From the human T2T-CHM13v2.0 reference genome, Homo sapiens, in NCBI RefSeq assembly GCF_009914755.1, contig NC_060933.1: a DNA stretch of 64,000 nt. One strand, written 5' to 3'. Shown here one piece after another: positions 30,301 to 44,319 of the stretch; position 1 is the stretch's first letter, and each line of letters begins with the position of its first letter. A program made the translations under genes and the position numbers. The notes under the pieces were generated by a model. That model saw only the letters and a list, made by a program, of their open reading frames with translations, did not search any database and was not told where the DNA came from.

Positions 30301-30550
30301 GGTAAGGAATAGAATGGAATGGAACGAAATGGAATGGAATGGAATGGAATGGAATGGAATGGAATGGAATGAACCCGTGTGCAATGGAATGGAATGGAAT
30401 GGAATGGAATGGAAAGGAATGGAATGGGTTCAACCAGAATGGAATGGAAAGGAATGGAATCAACCCGAGTGGAATGGCATGGAATGGAATGGAATGGAAT
30501 GGAATGAAATGGAATGGTAGGGAATGGATTGAAATGGAATGGAATGGAAT
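24400..30550 (+). repeat. Satellite III sub-domain with a distinct motif vocabulary
   Basis: Enriched in GAACCCGTGTGC, GGATTCAACCCGAAT, TAAACCCGAGTG, TCCACCCGATTGCAGGGG, CAAACCTAGTGC and GAATACAATCAATCC. By eye it lacks the GGATTCAACTTG, CAACGCGAGT, CTTCCGG and GAGAGTAAGGGAG motifs of the flanks. Confidence 0.8.
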
Positions 30551-33500
30551 GGAATCAACCCGAGTGCAATGTAATGGAATTGAATGGAATGGAATAGAAT
30601 GTAATGGAACGGAATGCAATGGAATGGAATCATCCGGAATGGAATGGAATGGAATGGAATGGAATGGAATCAACCCGAGTGCAATGGAATGGAGTGGAAT
30701 GGAATGGAATGGAATGGAACAACTCGAATGGAACGGAATGTAATGGAGAGTAAGGGAGTTGAATAGAATCAATCCGAATGTAATGGAATGAAATGCAACG
30801 GAATGGAATGGAATGGAATGGAATGGAATGCAATGGAATGGAATCAACCCGAGTACAATGGAATGGAATGGAATGGAATGGAATGGAATGGAATGGAATG
30901 CCTTCAAACCGAATGGAATGGAAAGAAAGGAATCAACACGAGTGGAATGGCATGGATTGGAATGGAATGGAATGGAATCAACCCAAGTACAGGGGAATGG
31001 AATGGAATGGAATGCAATGGAATGGATTCATCCGTAATGGAATGGAAAGGAATGGAATGGAATGGAATGGAATGGAATGGAATGGAATGGAAAGGAATCA
31101 ATTCGATTGCAATCGAATGGAATGGAATGGAATTAACCCGAATAGAATGGAATGGAATGGAATGGAACGGAACGGAACAGAATGGAATGGAATGGAATGG
31201 AATGGAATGGAATGGAATGGAATCAACCCGACTGCAGGGGAATGGAATGGAATGGAATGCAATGGAATGCATTCAACTTGAATGGAATGGAAAGAATGGA
31301 ATCAACACGAGTGGAATGGCATGGATTGGAATGGAATGGAATGGAATCAACCCGAGTAGAGGCGAATGGAATGGAATGGAATGCAATGGAATGGAATCAT
31401 CCGTAATGGAATGGAAAGGAATGGAATGGAATGGAATTAACCCGAATAGAATGGAATGGAATGGAATGGAACAGAATGGAACGGAAAGGAATGGAATGGA
31501 ATGGAATGGAATGGAATGGTATGGAATGGAATGGAATGGTACGGAATAGAATGGAATGGAACGAATTGTAATGGATTGGAATTGAATGGAATGGAATGGA
31601 ATGGAATGGAATCAACGCGAGTGCAGGGGAATGTAATGGAACGGAATGCAATGGAATGGAATCATCCGGAATGGAATGGAATGGAATGGAATGGAATGGA
31701 ATGGAATGGAATGGAATCAACCCGAGTGCAATGGAATGGAGAGGAATGGAATGGAATGGAATGGAACAACCCGAATGGAATGGAATGTAATGGAGAGTAA
31801 GGGAGTTGAATAGAATCAATCCGAATGTAATGGAATGGAATGCAACGGAATGGAATGGAATGGAATGGAATGGAATGCAATGGAATGGAATCAACCCGAG
31901 TACAATGGAATGGAATGGAATGGAATGGAATGGAATGGAATGGAATGGAATGGAATGGAATGAAATGGAATGATACGGAATAGAATGGAATGGAACGAAA
32001 TGGAATGGAATGGAATGGAATGGAATGGAATGGAATGGAATGGAATCGTTCCGAGTGGAATAGGAGGGAATGTATTCGAGTGGAATGGAAAGGAATGGAA
32101 TCAACCAGAGTGGAATGGAAGGGAATGGAATGGAATGGAAATAAATAGAATGGAATCAACACGAGTGGAATGGAATGGAAAGGACTGGAATGGAAAGGAA
32201 TGGAATGGAATCAACTCGATTGTAATGGAATGGAATGGAATGGAATGGAATGGAATGGAATGGAATGGAATGGAATGGAATGGAGTGGAATGGAATGGAA
32301 TCAACCCGAATGCAGGGGAATGGAATGGATTGGAATGCAATGGAATGGAATCATCCGGAATGGAATGGAATAGAATGGAATGCAAAGCAATGGAATCAAC
32401 TCGATTGCAATGGAATGGAATGGAATGGAAAGGAATACATTGGAATCAACCCGAGTGGAATGGAATGGAAAGGACTGGAATGGAGTGGAATGGAATGGAA
32501 TGGAATGGAATGGAATGAACTCGATTGGAATGGAATGGAATGGAATGGAATGGAATGGAATGGAATTAACCCGAATAGAATGGAATGGAATGGAATGGAA
32601 CGGAACGGAATGGAATGGAATGGAATGGAATGGAATGGAATGGAATGGAATGGAATCAACCCGACTGCAGGGGAATGGAATGGAATGGAATGCAATGGAA
32701 TGGATTCAACTTGAATGGAATGGAAAGAATGGAATCAACACGAGTGGAATGGCATGGATTGGAATGGAATGGAATGGAATCAACCCGAGTACAGGGGAAT
32801 GGAATGGAATGGAATGCAATGGAATGGAATCATCCGTAATGGAATGGAAAGGAATGGAATGGAATGGAATGGAATGGAATGGAATGGAATGGAATCAACT
32901 CGATTGCAATCGAATGGAATGGAATGGAATTAACCCGAATAGAATGGAATGGAATGGAATGGAACGGAACGGAATGGAATGGAATGGAAAGGAATGGAAT
33001 GGAATGGAATGGAATTAACCCGAATACAATGCAATGGAATGGAATGGAACGGAATGGAGTGGAATGGAATGGAATCAACCCGAGTGCAGGGGAATGGAAT
33101 GGAAAGGAATGCAATGGAAAGGAATCATCCGGAATGGAATGGAATGGAATGTAACGCAAAGCAATGGAATCAACTCGATTGCAATGGAATGGAATGGAAT
33201 GGAAAGGAATACATTGGAATCAACCCGAGTGGAAAGGAATGGAAAGGACTGGAATGGAGTGGAATGGAATGGAATGGAATGGAATGGAATGGAATGGAAT
33301 GGAAAGGAATCAACTTGATTGGAATGGAATGGAATGGAATGGAATGGAATTAACCCGAATAGAAAGGAATGGAATGGAATGGAACGGAACGGAATGGAAT
33401 GGAATGGAATGGAATGGAATGGAATCAACCCGACTGCAGGGGAATGGAATGGAATGGAATGCAATGGAATGGATTCAACTTGAATGGAATGGAAAGAATG

Positions 33501-36500
33501 GAATCAACACGAGTGGAATGGCATGGATTGGAATGGAATGGAATGGAATCAACCCGAGTACAGTGGAATGGAATGGAATGGAATGCAATGGAATGGAATC
33601 ATCCGTAATGGAATGGAAAGGAATGGAATGGAATGGAATGGAATGGAATGCAATGGAATCAACTCGATTGAAATCGAATGGAATGGAATGGAGTTAACCC
33701 GAATAGAATGGAATGGAATGGAATGGAACGGAACGGAACGGAAGGGAACGGAATGGAATGGAATGGAATGGAATGGAATGGAACGGAGAGGAATGGAATG
33801 GAATGGAATGGAATGGAATCAACGCGAGTGCAGGGGAATGGAATGGAATGGAATGCAATGGAATGGAATCTTCCGGAATGGAATGGAATGGAATGGAATG
33901 GAATGGAATGGAATGGAATGGAATAAACCCGAGTGCAATGTAATGGAGTGGAATGGAATGGAATGGAATGGAACAACCCGAATGGAATGGAGTGTAATGG
34001 AGACTAAGGGAGTTGAATAGAATCTATCCGAATGTAATGGAATGCAATGGAACGGAATGGAATTGAATGGAATGGAATGGAATGGAATGCAATGGAATGG
34101 AATCAACCCGAGTGCAATGGAATGGAGAGGAATGGAATGGAATGCAATGGAAACTACCCGAATGGAATGTAATGTAATGGAGTGTAAGGGAATAGAATAG
34201 AATCCATCCGAATGTAATGGAATGGAATGGAACGGAATGGAATGGAATGGAATGGAATGGAATGGAATGCAATGGAATGGAATCAACCCGAGTGCAATCG
34301 AATGGAATCGAATGGAATGGAATGCAATGGAATGGATTCAACTTGAATGGAATGGAAAGAATGGAATCAACACGAGTGGAAGGGCATGGATTGGAATGGA
34401 ATGGAATGGAATCAACCCGAGTACAGGGGAATGGAATGGAATTTAATGCAATGGAATGGAATCATCCGTAATGGAATGGAAAGGAATGGAATGGAATGGA
34501 ATGGAATGGAATGGAATGGAATCAACACGATTGCAATCGAATGGAATGGAATGGAATTAACCCGAATAGAATGGAATGGAATGGAATGGAAGAGAACGGA
34601 ATGGAATGGAATGGAATGGAATGGAACGGAACTGAACGGAACGGAACGGAACGGAATGGAATGGAATGGAATGGAAAGGAATCAACGCGAGTGCAGGGGA
34701 ATGGAAAGGAATGGAATGCAATGGAATGGAATCTTCCGGAATGGAATGGAATGGAATGGAATGGAATGGAATGAAATGCAATGGATTCAACTCGATTGCA
34801 ATGGAATGGAATAGAATGGAATGGAATGGAATGGAATGGACTTACCCCGAATAGAATGGAATGGAATGGAACGGAACGGAACGGAACGGAATGGAATGGA
34901 ATGGAATGGAATGGAATGGAATGGAATGCAATGGTATGGAATGGAATGGAATGGTACGGAATAGAATGGAATGGAAAGAATTGTAATGGAATGGAATGGA
35001 ATGGAAAGGAATCAACGCGAGTGCAGGGGAATGTAATGGAACGGAATGCAATGGATTGGAATCATCCGGAATGGAATGGAATGGAATGGAATGGAATGGA
35101 ATGGAATCAACCCGAGTGCAATGGAATGCAGTGGAATGGAATGGAATGGAATGGAACAACCCGAATGGAATGGAATGTAATGGAGAGTAAGGGAGTTGAA
35201 TAGAATCAATCCGAATGTAATGGAATGGAATGCAAAGGAATGGAATGGAATGGAATGGAATGGAATGGAATGGAATGCAAAGGAATGGAATCAACCCGAG
35301 TGGAATGGCATGGAATGGAATGCAATGGAATGGAAGTTAATGGAATCAACTCGAGTGGAAAGGAATGGAATGGAATGGAAAGGAATGGAATGAAATCAAG
35401 TCGAGTGGAATGGAATGGAATGGAATGGATTGGAATGGATTGCAACGGAATGAAATGGAATGGAATGGAATGGAATCAATCATTCCGAGTAGAATGGAAG
35501 GGAATGTAATGGAGTGGAAAGAAGGGAATGGAATCAACCCGATTGGAATGCAAGGTAATGGAATGGAATGGAAAGGAATGGAATGCAATCAACTCGATTG
35601 CAATGGAATGGAATGGAATGGAATGGAATGGAATGGAATGGAATGGAATGGAATTAACCGGAATAGAATGGAATGCAATGGAATGGAACGGAATGGAATG
35701 GAATGGAAGGTAATGGAATCAACACGAGTGCAGGGGAATGGAATGGAATGGAATGCAATGGAATGGTATCATCCGGAATGGAATGGAATGGAATGGAATC
35801 AACTCCATTGTAATGGAATGGAATGGAATGGAATGGAATGGAATAGAATGGAATGGAATTAACCCGAATAGAATGGAATGCAATAGAATGGAATGGAACG
35901 GAACCGAATGGAGTGGAATGGAATGGAATGGAATCAACATGAGTGCAGGGGAATGGAATGGAATGGAATGCAATGGAATGGATTCATCCGGAATGGAATG
36001 GAATGGAATGGAATGGAATCAAACCGAGTGCAATGGAATGGTGTGAAATGGAATGGAATGGAATGGAAACAACCTGAATGGATTGGAATATAATGGAGTG
36101 TAACGGAATTGAATAGAATCAATCTGAATGTAATGAAATGTAATGGAACGGAATGGAATGGAATGGAATGGAATCGAATGGAATGGAATGGAATGGAATC
36201 AACCCGAGTGCAATGGAATGGATTCGAATGGAATGGAATGGAGTGGAATGGATTCAACTTAAATGGAATGGAAAGAATGGAATCAACACGAGTGGAATGG
36301 CATGGAATGGAATGGAAAGGAATGGCGTGGAATGGAATGGAATGGTTAGAAATAGAATGGATTGGAACAAAATGGAATGGAATGGAATGGAATGCAATGG
36401 AATGGAATCAACGCAATTGAAGGGGAATGTAATGGAACGGAATGCAATGGAATGGAATCATCCGGAGTGGAATGGAATGGAATGGAATGGAATGGAATCA

Positions 36501-36551
36501 ACCCGAGTGCAATGGAATGGAGTGGAATGGAATGGAATGGAATGGAACAAC

Positions 36552-36651
36552 CCGAATGGAATGGAATGTAATGGAGAGTAAGGGAGTTGAATAGAATCAA
36601 TCCGAATGGAATGGAATGTAATAGAGAGTAAGGGAGTTGAATAGAATCAAT
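36552..36651 (+). repeat. 50-bp tandem duplication of the GAGAGTAAGGGAGTTGAATAGAATCAAT motif
   Basis: CCGAATGGAATGGAATGTAAT(G/A)GAGAGTAAGGGAGTTGAATAGAATCAAT occurs twice, at 36552 and 36602. Confidence 0.88.
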
Positions 36652-39600
36652 CCAAATGTAATGGAATGGATAGGAACGGAATAGAATTGAATGGAATGGA
36701 ATGGAATGCAATGGAATGGAATCAACCCGAGTACAATGGAATGGAATGGAATGGAATGGAATGGAATGGAATGGAATGGAACGGAATGGAACGGAACGTA
36801 ATGGAATGGAATGGAATGGAATGGAATGGAACGGAAAGGAATGGAATGGAATGGAATGGAATGGAATGGAATCAACGCGAGTGCAGGGCAATGGAATGGA
36901 ATGGAATGCAATGGAATGGAATCTTCCGGAATGGAATGGAATGGAATGGAATGGAATGGAATCAACCCGAGTGCAATGGAAAGGAGTGGAATGGAATGGA
37001 ATGGAACAACCCGAATGGAATGGAATGTAATGGAGAGTAAGGGAGTTGAATAGAATCAATCCGAATGTAAAGGAATGGAATGGAACGGAATGGAATGGAA
37101 TGGAATGGAATGGAATGCAATGGAATGGAATCAACCCGAGTAAAATGGAATGGAATGGAATGGAATGGAATGGAATGGAATGGAATGGAATGGAATGAAA
37201 TGGAATCAATCCGAGTGCAATGGAATAGAGAGGAATGGAATGGAAAGGAATGGAAACTACCCGAATGGAATGGAATGTAATGGAGTGTAAGAGAATTGAA
37301 TAGAATCAATCCGAATGGAATGGAATGGAATGGAACGGAATGTAATGTAATGTAATGGAATGGAATCAACCCGAGTGCAGGGGAAACGAATGGAATGGAA
37401 TGCAATGGAATGGAATGGAATGGAATGGAATGGAATCAACTCGATTGCAATCGAATGGAATGGAATGGAATTAACCCGAATAGAATGGAATGGAATGGAA
37501 TGGAACGGAACGGAATGGAATGGAATGGAATGGAATGGAATGGAATCAACCCGACTGCAGGGTAATGGAATGGAATGGAATGCAATGGAATGGATTCAAC
37601 TTGAATGGAATGGAAAGAATGGAATCAACACGAGTGGAATGGCATGGATTGGAATGGAATGGAATGGAATCAACCCGAGTACAGGGGAATGGAATGGAAT
37701 GGAATGCAATGGAATGGAATCATCCGTAATGGAATGGAAAGGAATGGAATGGAATGGAATGGAATGGAATGGAATGGAATGGAATCAACTCGATTGCAAT
37801 CGAATGGAATGGCATGGAATTAATCCGAATAGAATGGAATGCAATGAAATGGAACGGAACGGAATGGAATGGAATGGAATGGAATGGAACGGAACGGAAT
37901 GTAATGGAATGGAATGGAATGGAATCAACGCGAGTGCAGGGGAATGGAATGGAATGGAATGCAATGGAATGCAAACTTCCGGAATGGAATGGAATGGAAT
38001 GGAATGAAATGCAATGGATTCAACTCGATTGCAATGGAATGGAATAGAATGGAATGGAATGGAATGGAATGGAATTAATCCGAATAGAATGGAATGGTAT
38101 GGAATGGAATGGAATGGTACGGAATAGAATGGAATGGAACGAATTGTAATGGAATGGAATTGAATGGAATGGAATGGAATGGAATGGAATCAACACGAGT
38201 GCAGGGGAATGTAATGGAACGGAATGCAATGGAATGGAATCATGCGGAATGGAATGGAATGGAATGGAATGGAATGGAATGGAATGGAATGGAATCAACC
38301 CGAGTGCAATGGAATGGAGTGGAATGGAATGGAATGGAATGGAACAACCCGAATGGAATGGAATGTAATGTAGAGTAAGGGAGTTGAAGAGAATCAATCC
38401 GAATGTAATGGAATGGAATGCAACGGAATGGAATGGAGTGGAATGGAATGGAATGCAATGGAATGGAATCAACCCGAGTACAATGGAATGGAATGGAATG
38501 GAATGGAATGGAATGGAATGGAATGATACGGAATAGAATGGAATGGAACGAAATGGAATGGAATGGAATGGAATGGAATGGAATCGTTCCGAGTGGAATA
38601 GGAGGGAATGTATTCGAGTGGAAAGGAAAGGAATGGAATCAACCAGAGTGGAATGGAAGGGAATGGAATGGAATGGAAACTAATAGAATGGAATCAACCC
38701 GAGTGGAATGGAATGGAAAGGACTGGAATGGAATGGAATGGAATGGAATCAACTCGATTGTAATGGAATGGAATGGAATGGAATGGAATGGAATTAACCC
38801 GAATACAATGGAATGGAATGGAATGGAATGGAATGGAGTGGAATGGAATGGAATCAACCCGAGTGCAGGGGAATGGAATGGAATGGAATGCAAGGGAATG
38901 GAATCATCCGGAATGGAATGGAATGGAATGGAATGCAAAGCAATGGAATCAACTCGATTGCAATGGAATGGAATGGAATGGAAAGGAATATATTGGAATC
39001 AACCCGAGTGGAATGGAATGGAAAGGACTGGAATGGAATGGAATGGAATGGAATGGAATGGAATGGAATCAACTTGATTGGAATGGAATGGAATGGAATG
39101 GAATGGAATGGAATGGAATGGAATCAACCCGACTGCAGGGGAATGGAATGGAATGGAATGCAATGGAATGGATTCAACTTGATTGGAATGGAAAGAATGG
39201 AATCAACACGAGTGGAATGGCATGGATTGGAATGGAATGGAATGGAATCAACCCGAGTACAGAGGAATGGAATGGAATGGAATGCAATGGAATGGAATCA
39301 TCCGTAATGGAATGGAAAGGAAAGGAATGGAATGGAATGGAATGGAATGGAATGGAATGGAATGGAATGGAATCAACTCGATTGCAATCGAATGGAATGG
39401 AATGGAATTAACCCGAATAGAATGGAATGGAATGGAATGGAACGGAACGGAACGGAATGGAATGGAATGGAATGGAATGGAATGGAATGGAATGGAATGG
39501 AACGGAACGGAAAGGAAGGGAATGGAATGGAATGGAATGGAATGGAATGGAATGGAATCAACGCGAGTGCAGGGGAATGGAATGGAATGGAATGCAATGG

Positions 39601-41055
39601 AATGGAATCTTCCGGAATGGAATGGAATTGAATGGAATGGAATGGAATGGAATGGAATAAACCCGAGTGCAATGGAATGGAGTGGAATGGAATGGAATGG
39701 AATGGAACAACCCGAATGGAATGGAATGTAATGGAGACTAAGGGAGTTGAATAGAATCAATCCGAATGTAATGGAATGGAATGGAACAGAATGGAATTGA
39801 ATGGAATGGAATGGGATGCAATGGAATGGAATCAACCCGAGTACAATGGAATGGAATGGAATGGAATGGAATGGAATCAACCCGAGTGCAATGGAATGGA
39901 GTGGAATGGAATGGAATGGAATGGAACAACCCGAATGGAATGGAATGTAATGGAGAGTAAGGGAGTTGAATAGAATCAATCCGAATGTAATGGAATGGAA
40001 TGGAATGGAATGGAATTGAATGGAATGGAATGGAATGCAATGGAATGGAATCAACCCGAGTGCAATGGAATGGAGTGGAATGGAATGGAATGCAATGGAA
40101 CAACCCGAATGAAATGGAATGTAATGGAGAGTAAGGGAGTTGATAAGAATCAATCCGAATGGAATGGAATGGAATGGAACGGAACGGAATGGAAAGGAAT
40201 GGAATGGAATGGAATGGAATGGAATGGAATGCAATGGAATGGAATCAACCCGAGTACAATGGAATGGAATGGAATGGAATGGAATGGAATGGAATGGAAT
40301 GGAATGGAATGGAATGGAATGGAATGCAATGGAATGGAATCTTCCGGAATGGAATGGAATGGAATGGAATGGAATGGAATGGAATGGAATGCAATGGATT
40401 CAACTCGATTGCAATGGAATGGAATAGAATGGAATGGAATGGAATGGAATGGAATGGAATTAAAACGAATAGAATGGAATGGAATGGAATGGAACGGAAC
40501 AGAACGGAACGGAACGGAACGGAGTGGAATGGAATGGAATGGAATTGTATGGAATGGAATGGAATGGTACGGAATAGAATGGAATGGAAAGAATTGGAAT
40601 GGAATGGAATGGAATGGAATGGAATGGAATGGAATGGAATCAACCCGAGTGCAGGGGAATGTAATGGAACGGAATGCAATGGAATGGAATCATCCGGAAT
40701 GGAATGGAATGGAATGGAATGGAATGGAATGGAATCAATCTGAGCGCAATGGAATGGAGTGGAATGGAAGGGAATGGAATGGAACAACCCGAATGGAATG
40801 GAATGTAATGGAGAGTAAGGGAGTTGAATAGAATCAATCCGAATGTAATGGAATGGAACGGAACGGAATGGAATGGAATGGAATGGAATGGAATGGAATG
40901 CAATGGAATGGAATCAACCCGAGTGCAATTGAATGGAATCCAATGGAATGGAATGCAATGGAATGGATTCAACTTGAATGGAATGGAAAGAATGGAATCA
41001 ACACGAGTGGAATGGCATGGATTGGAATGGAATGGAATGGAATCAAACCGAGTAT

Positions 41056-41620
41056 AGGGGAATGGAATGGTATGGAATGCAATGGAGTGGAATCATCCGT
41101 AATGGAATGGAAAGGAATGGAATGGAATGGAATGGAATGGAATGGAATGGAATGGAATGGAATCAACTCGATTGCAATGGAATGGAATGGAATGGAATTA
41201 ACCCGAATAGAATGGAATGGAATGGAATGGAACGGAACGGAATGGAATGGAATGGGATGGAATGGAATGGAACGGGAAGGAAGGGAATGGAATGGAATCG
41301 AATGGAATGGAATGGAATCAACGCGAGTGCAGGGGAATGGAATGGTATGGAATGCAATGGAGTGGAATCATCCGTAATGGAATGGAAAGGAATGGAATGG
41401 AATGGAATGGAATGGAATGGAATGGAATGGAATGGAATCAACTCGATTGCAATGGAATGGAATGGAATGGAATTAACCCGAATAGAATGGAATGGAATGG
41501 AATGGAACGGAACGGAATGGAATGGAATGGGATGGAATGGAATGGAACGGGAAGGAAGGGAATGGAATGGAATCGAATGGAATGGAATGGAATCAACGCG
41601 AGTGCAGGGGAATGGAATGG
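41056..41620 (+). repeat. Essentially perfect 275-bp tandem duplication
   Basis: ORF pairs 41163/41438 and 41217/41492. Private variants GGTATGGAATGCAATGGAGTGG, GGGATGG and AACGGGAAGG occur in both copies. Confidence 0.92.
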
Positions 41621-43120
41621 AATGGAATGGAATGGAATGGAATGGAATGGAATCCACCCGAGTGCAATGGAATGGAGTGGAAAGGAATGGAATGGAATGG
41701 AACAACCCGAATGGAATGGAATGTAATGGAGAGTAAGGGAGTTGAATAGAATCAATCCGAATGTAATGGAATGGAATGGAACGGAATGGAATTGAATGGA
41801 ATGGAATGGAATGCAATGGAATGGAATCAACCCGAGTGCAATGGAATGGAGAGGAATGGAATGGAATGGAATGGAAACTACCCGAATGGAATGGAATGTA
41901 ATGGAGTGTAAGGGAATTGAATAGAATCAATCCGAATGTAATGGAATGGAATGGAACGGAATGGAATGGAATGGAATGGAATGGAATGCAATGGAATGGA
42001 ATCAAACCGAGTGCAATCGAATGGAATCCAATGGAATGGAATGCAATGGAATGGATTCAACTTGAATGGAATGGAAAGAATGGAATCAGCACGAGTGGAA
42101 TGGCATGGATTGGAATTGAATGGAATGGAATCAACCCGAGTACAGGGGAATGGAATGGAATGGAATGCAATGGAATGGAATGATCCGTAATGGAATGGAA
42201 AGGAATGGAATGGAATGGAATGGAATGGAATGGAATGGAATGGAATCAACTCGATTGCAATCGAATGGAATGGAATGGAATTAACCCGAATAGAATGGAA
42301 TGGAATGGAATGGAACAGAACGGAATGGAATGGAATGGAATGGAATGGAATGGAACGGAACGGAATGGAATGGAATGGAATGGAATGGAATGGAATCAAC
42401 GCGAGTGCAGGGGAATGGAATGGAATGGAATGCAATGGAATGGAATCTTCCGGAATGGAATGGAATGGAATGGAATGGAATGAAATGCAATGGATTCAAC
42501 TCGATTGCAATGGAATGGAATAGAATGGAATGAAATGGAATGGAATGGAATTAATTCGAAGAGAATGGAATGGAATGGAATGGAACGGAATGGAACGGAA
42601 TGGAATGGAATGGAATGGTATGGAATGGAATGGAATAGTACGGAATAGAATGGAATGGAACGAATTGTAATGGAATGGAATTGAATGGAATGGAATGGAA
42701 TGGAATGGAATCAACGCGAGTGCAGGGGAATGTAATGGAACGGAATGCAATGGAATGGAATCATCCGGAATGGAATGAAATGGAATGGAATGGAATGGAA
42801 TCAACCCGAGTGCAATGGAATGGAGTGGAATGGAATGGAATGGAATGGAACAACCCGAATGGAATGGAATGTAATGTAGAGAAAGGGAGTTGAATAGAAT
42901 CAATCCGAATGTAATGGAATGGAATGCAACGGAATTGAATGGAATGGAATGGAATGGAATGCAATGGAATTGAATCAACCCGAGTACAATGGAATGGAAT
43001 TGAATGGAATGGAATGGAATGGAATGGAATGGAATGGAATGGAATGATACGGAATAGAATGGAATGGAATGAAATGGAATGGAATGGAATGGAATGGAGT
43101 GGAATGGAATGGAATGGAAT

Positions 43121-44130
43121 GGAATCGTTCCGAGTGGAATAGGAGGGAATGTATTCGAGTGGAATGGAAAGGAATGGAAAAAACCTGAGTGGAATGGAAG
43201 GGAATGGAATGGAATGGAAACTAATAGAATGGAATCAACCCGAGAGGAATGGAATGGAAAGGACTGGAATGGAATGGAATGGAATGGAATCAACTCGATT
43301 GTAATGGAATTGAATGGAATGGAATGGAATGGAATTAGCCCGAATACAATGCAATGGAATGGAATGGAACGGAATGGAGTGGAATGGAATGGAATCAACC
43401 CGAGTGCAGGGGAATGGAATGGAACGGAATGCAATGGAATGGAATCATCCGGAATGGAATGGAATGGAATGGAATGCAAAGCAATGGAATAAACTCGATT
43501 ACAATGGAATGGAATGGAATGGAAAGGAATATATTGGAATCAACCCGAGTGGAAAGGAATGGAAAGGACTGGAATGGAGTGGAATGGAATGGAATGGAAT
43601 GGAATGGAATCAACTCGATTGGAATGGAATGGAATGGAATGGAATGGAATGGAATCGTTCCGAGTGGAATAGGAGGGAATGTATTCGAGTGGAATGGAAA
43701 GGAATGGTATCAACCAGAGTGGAATGGAAGGGAATGGAATGGAATGGAAACTAATAGAATGGAATCAACCTGAGTGGAATGGAATGGAAAGGACTGGAAT
43801 GGAATGGAATGGAATGGAATCAACTCGATTGTAATGGAATGGAATGGAATGCAATGGAATGGAATGGAATTAACACGAATACAATGGAATGGAATGGAAT
43901 GGAACGGAATGGAGTGGAATGGAATGGAATCAACCCGAGGGCAGGGGAATGGAATGGAGTGGAATGCAATGGAATGGAATCATCCGGAATGGAATGGAAT
44001 GGAATGGAATGCAAAGCAATGGAATCAACTCGATTGCAATGGAATGGAATGGAATGGAAAGGAATACATTGGAATCAACCCGAGTGGAATGGAATGGAAA
44101 GGACTGGAATGGAATGGAATGGAATGGAAT
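43121..44130 (+). repeat. Diverged ~530-bp tandem duplication (CGTTCCGAG cassette plus GCAAAGCAAT cassette)
   Basis: GGAATCGTTCCGAGTGGAATAGGAGGG at 43121 and 43651; GCAAAGCAATGG at 43476 and 44011. Confidence 0.82.
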
Positions 44131-44319
44131 GCAATGGAATGGAATCATCCGTAATGGAATGGAAAGGAATGGAATGGAATGGAATGGAATGGAATGGAAT
44201 GGAATCCACTCGATTGCAATCGAATGGAATTGAATGGAATTAACCCGAATAGAATGGAATGGATTGGATTGGAATGGAATGGAATGGAATGGAACGGAAA
44301 GGAATGGAATGGAATGGAA

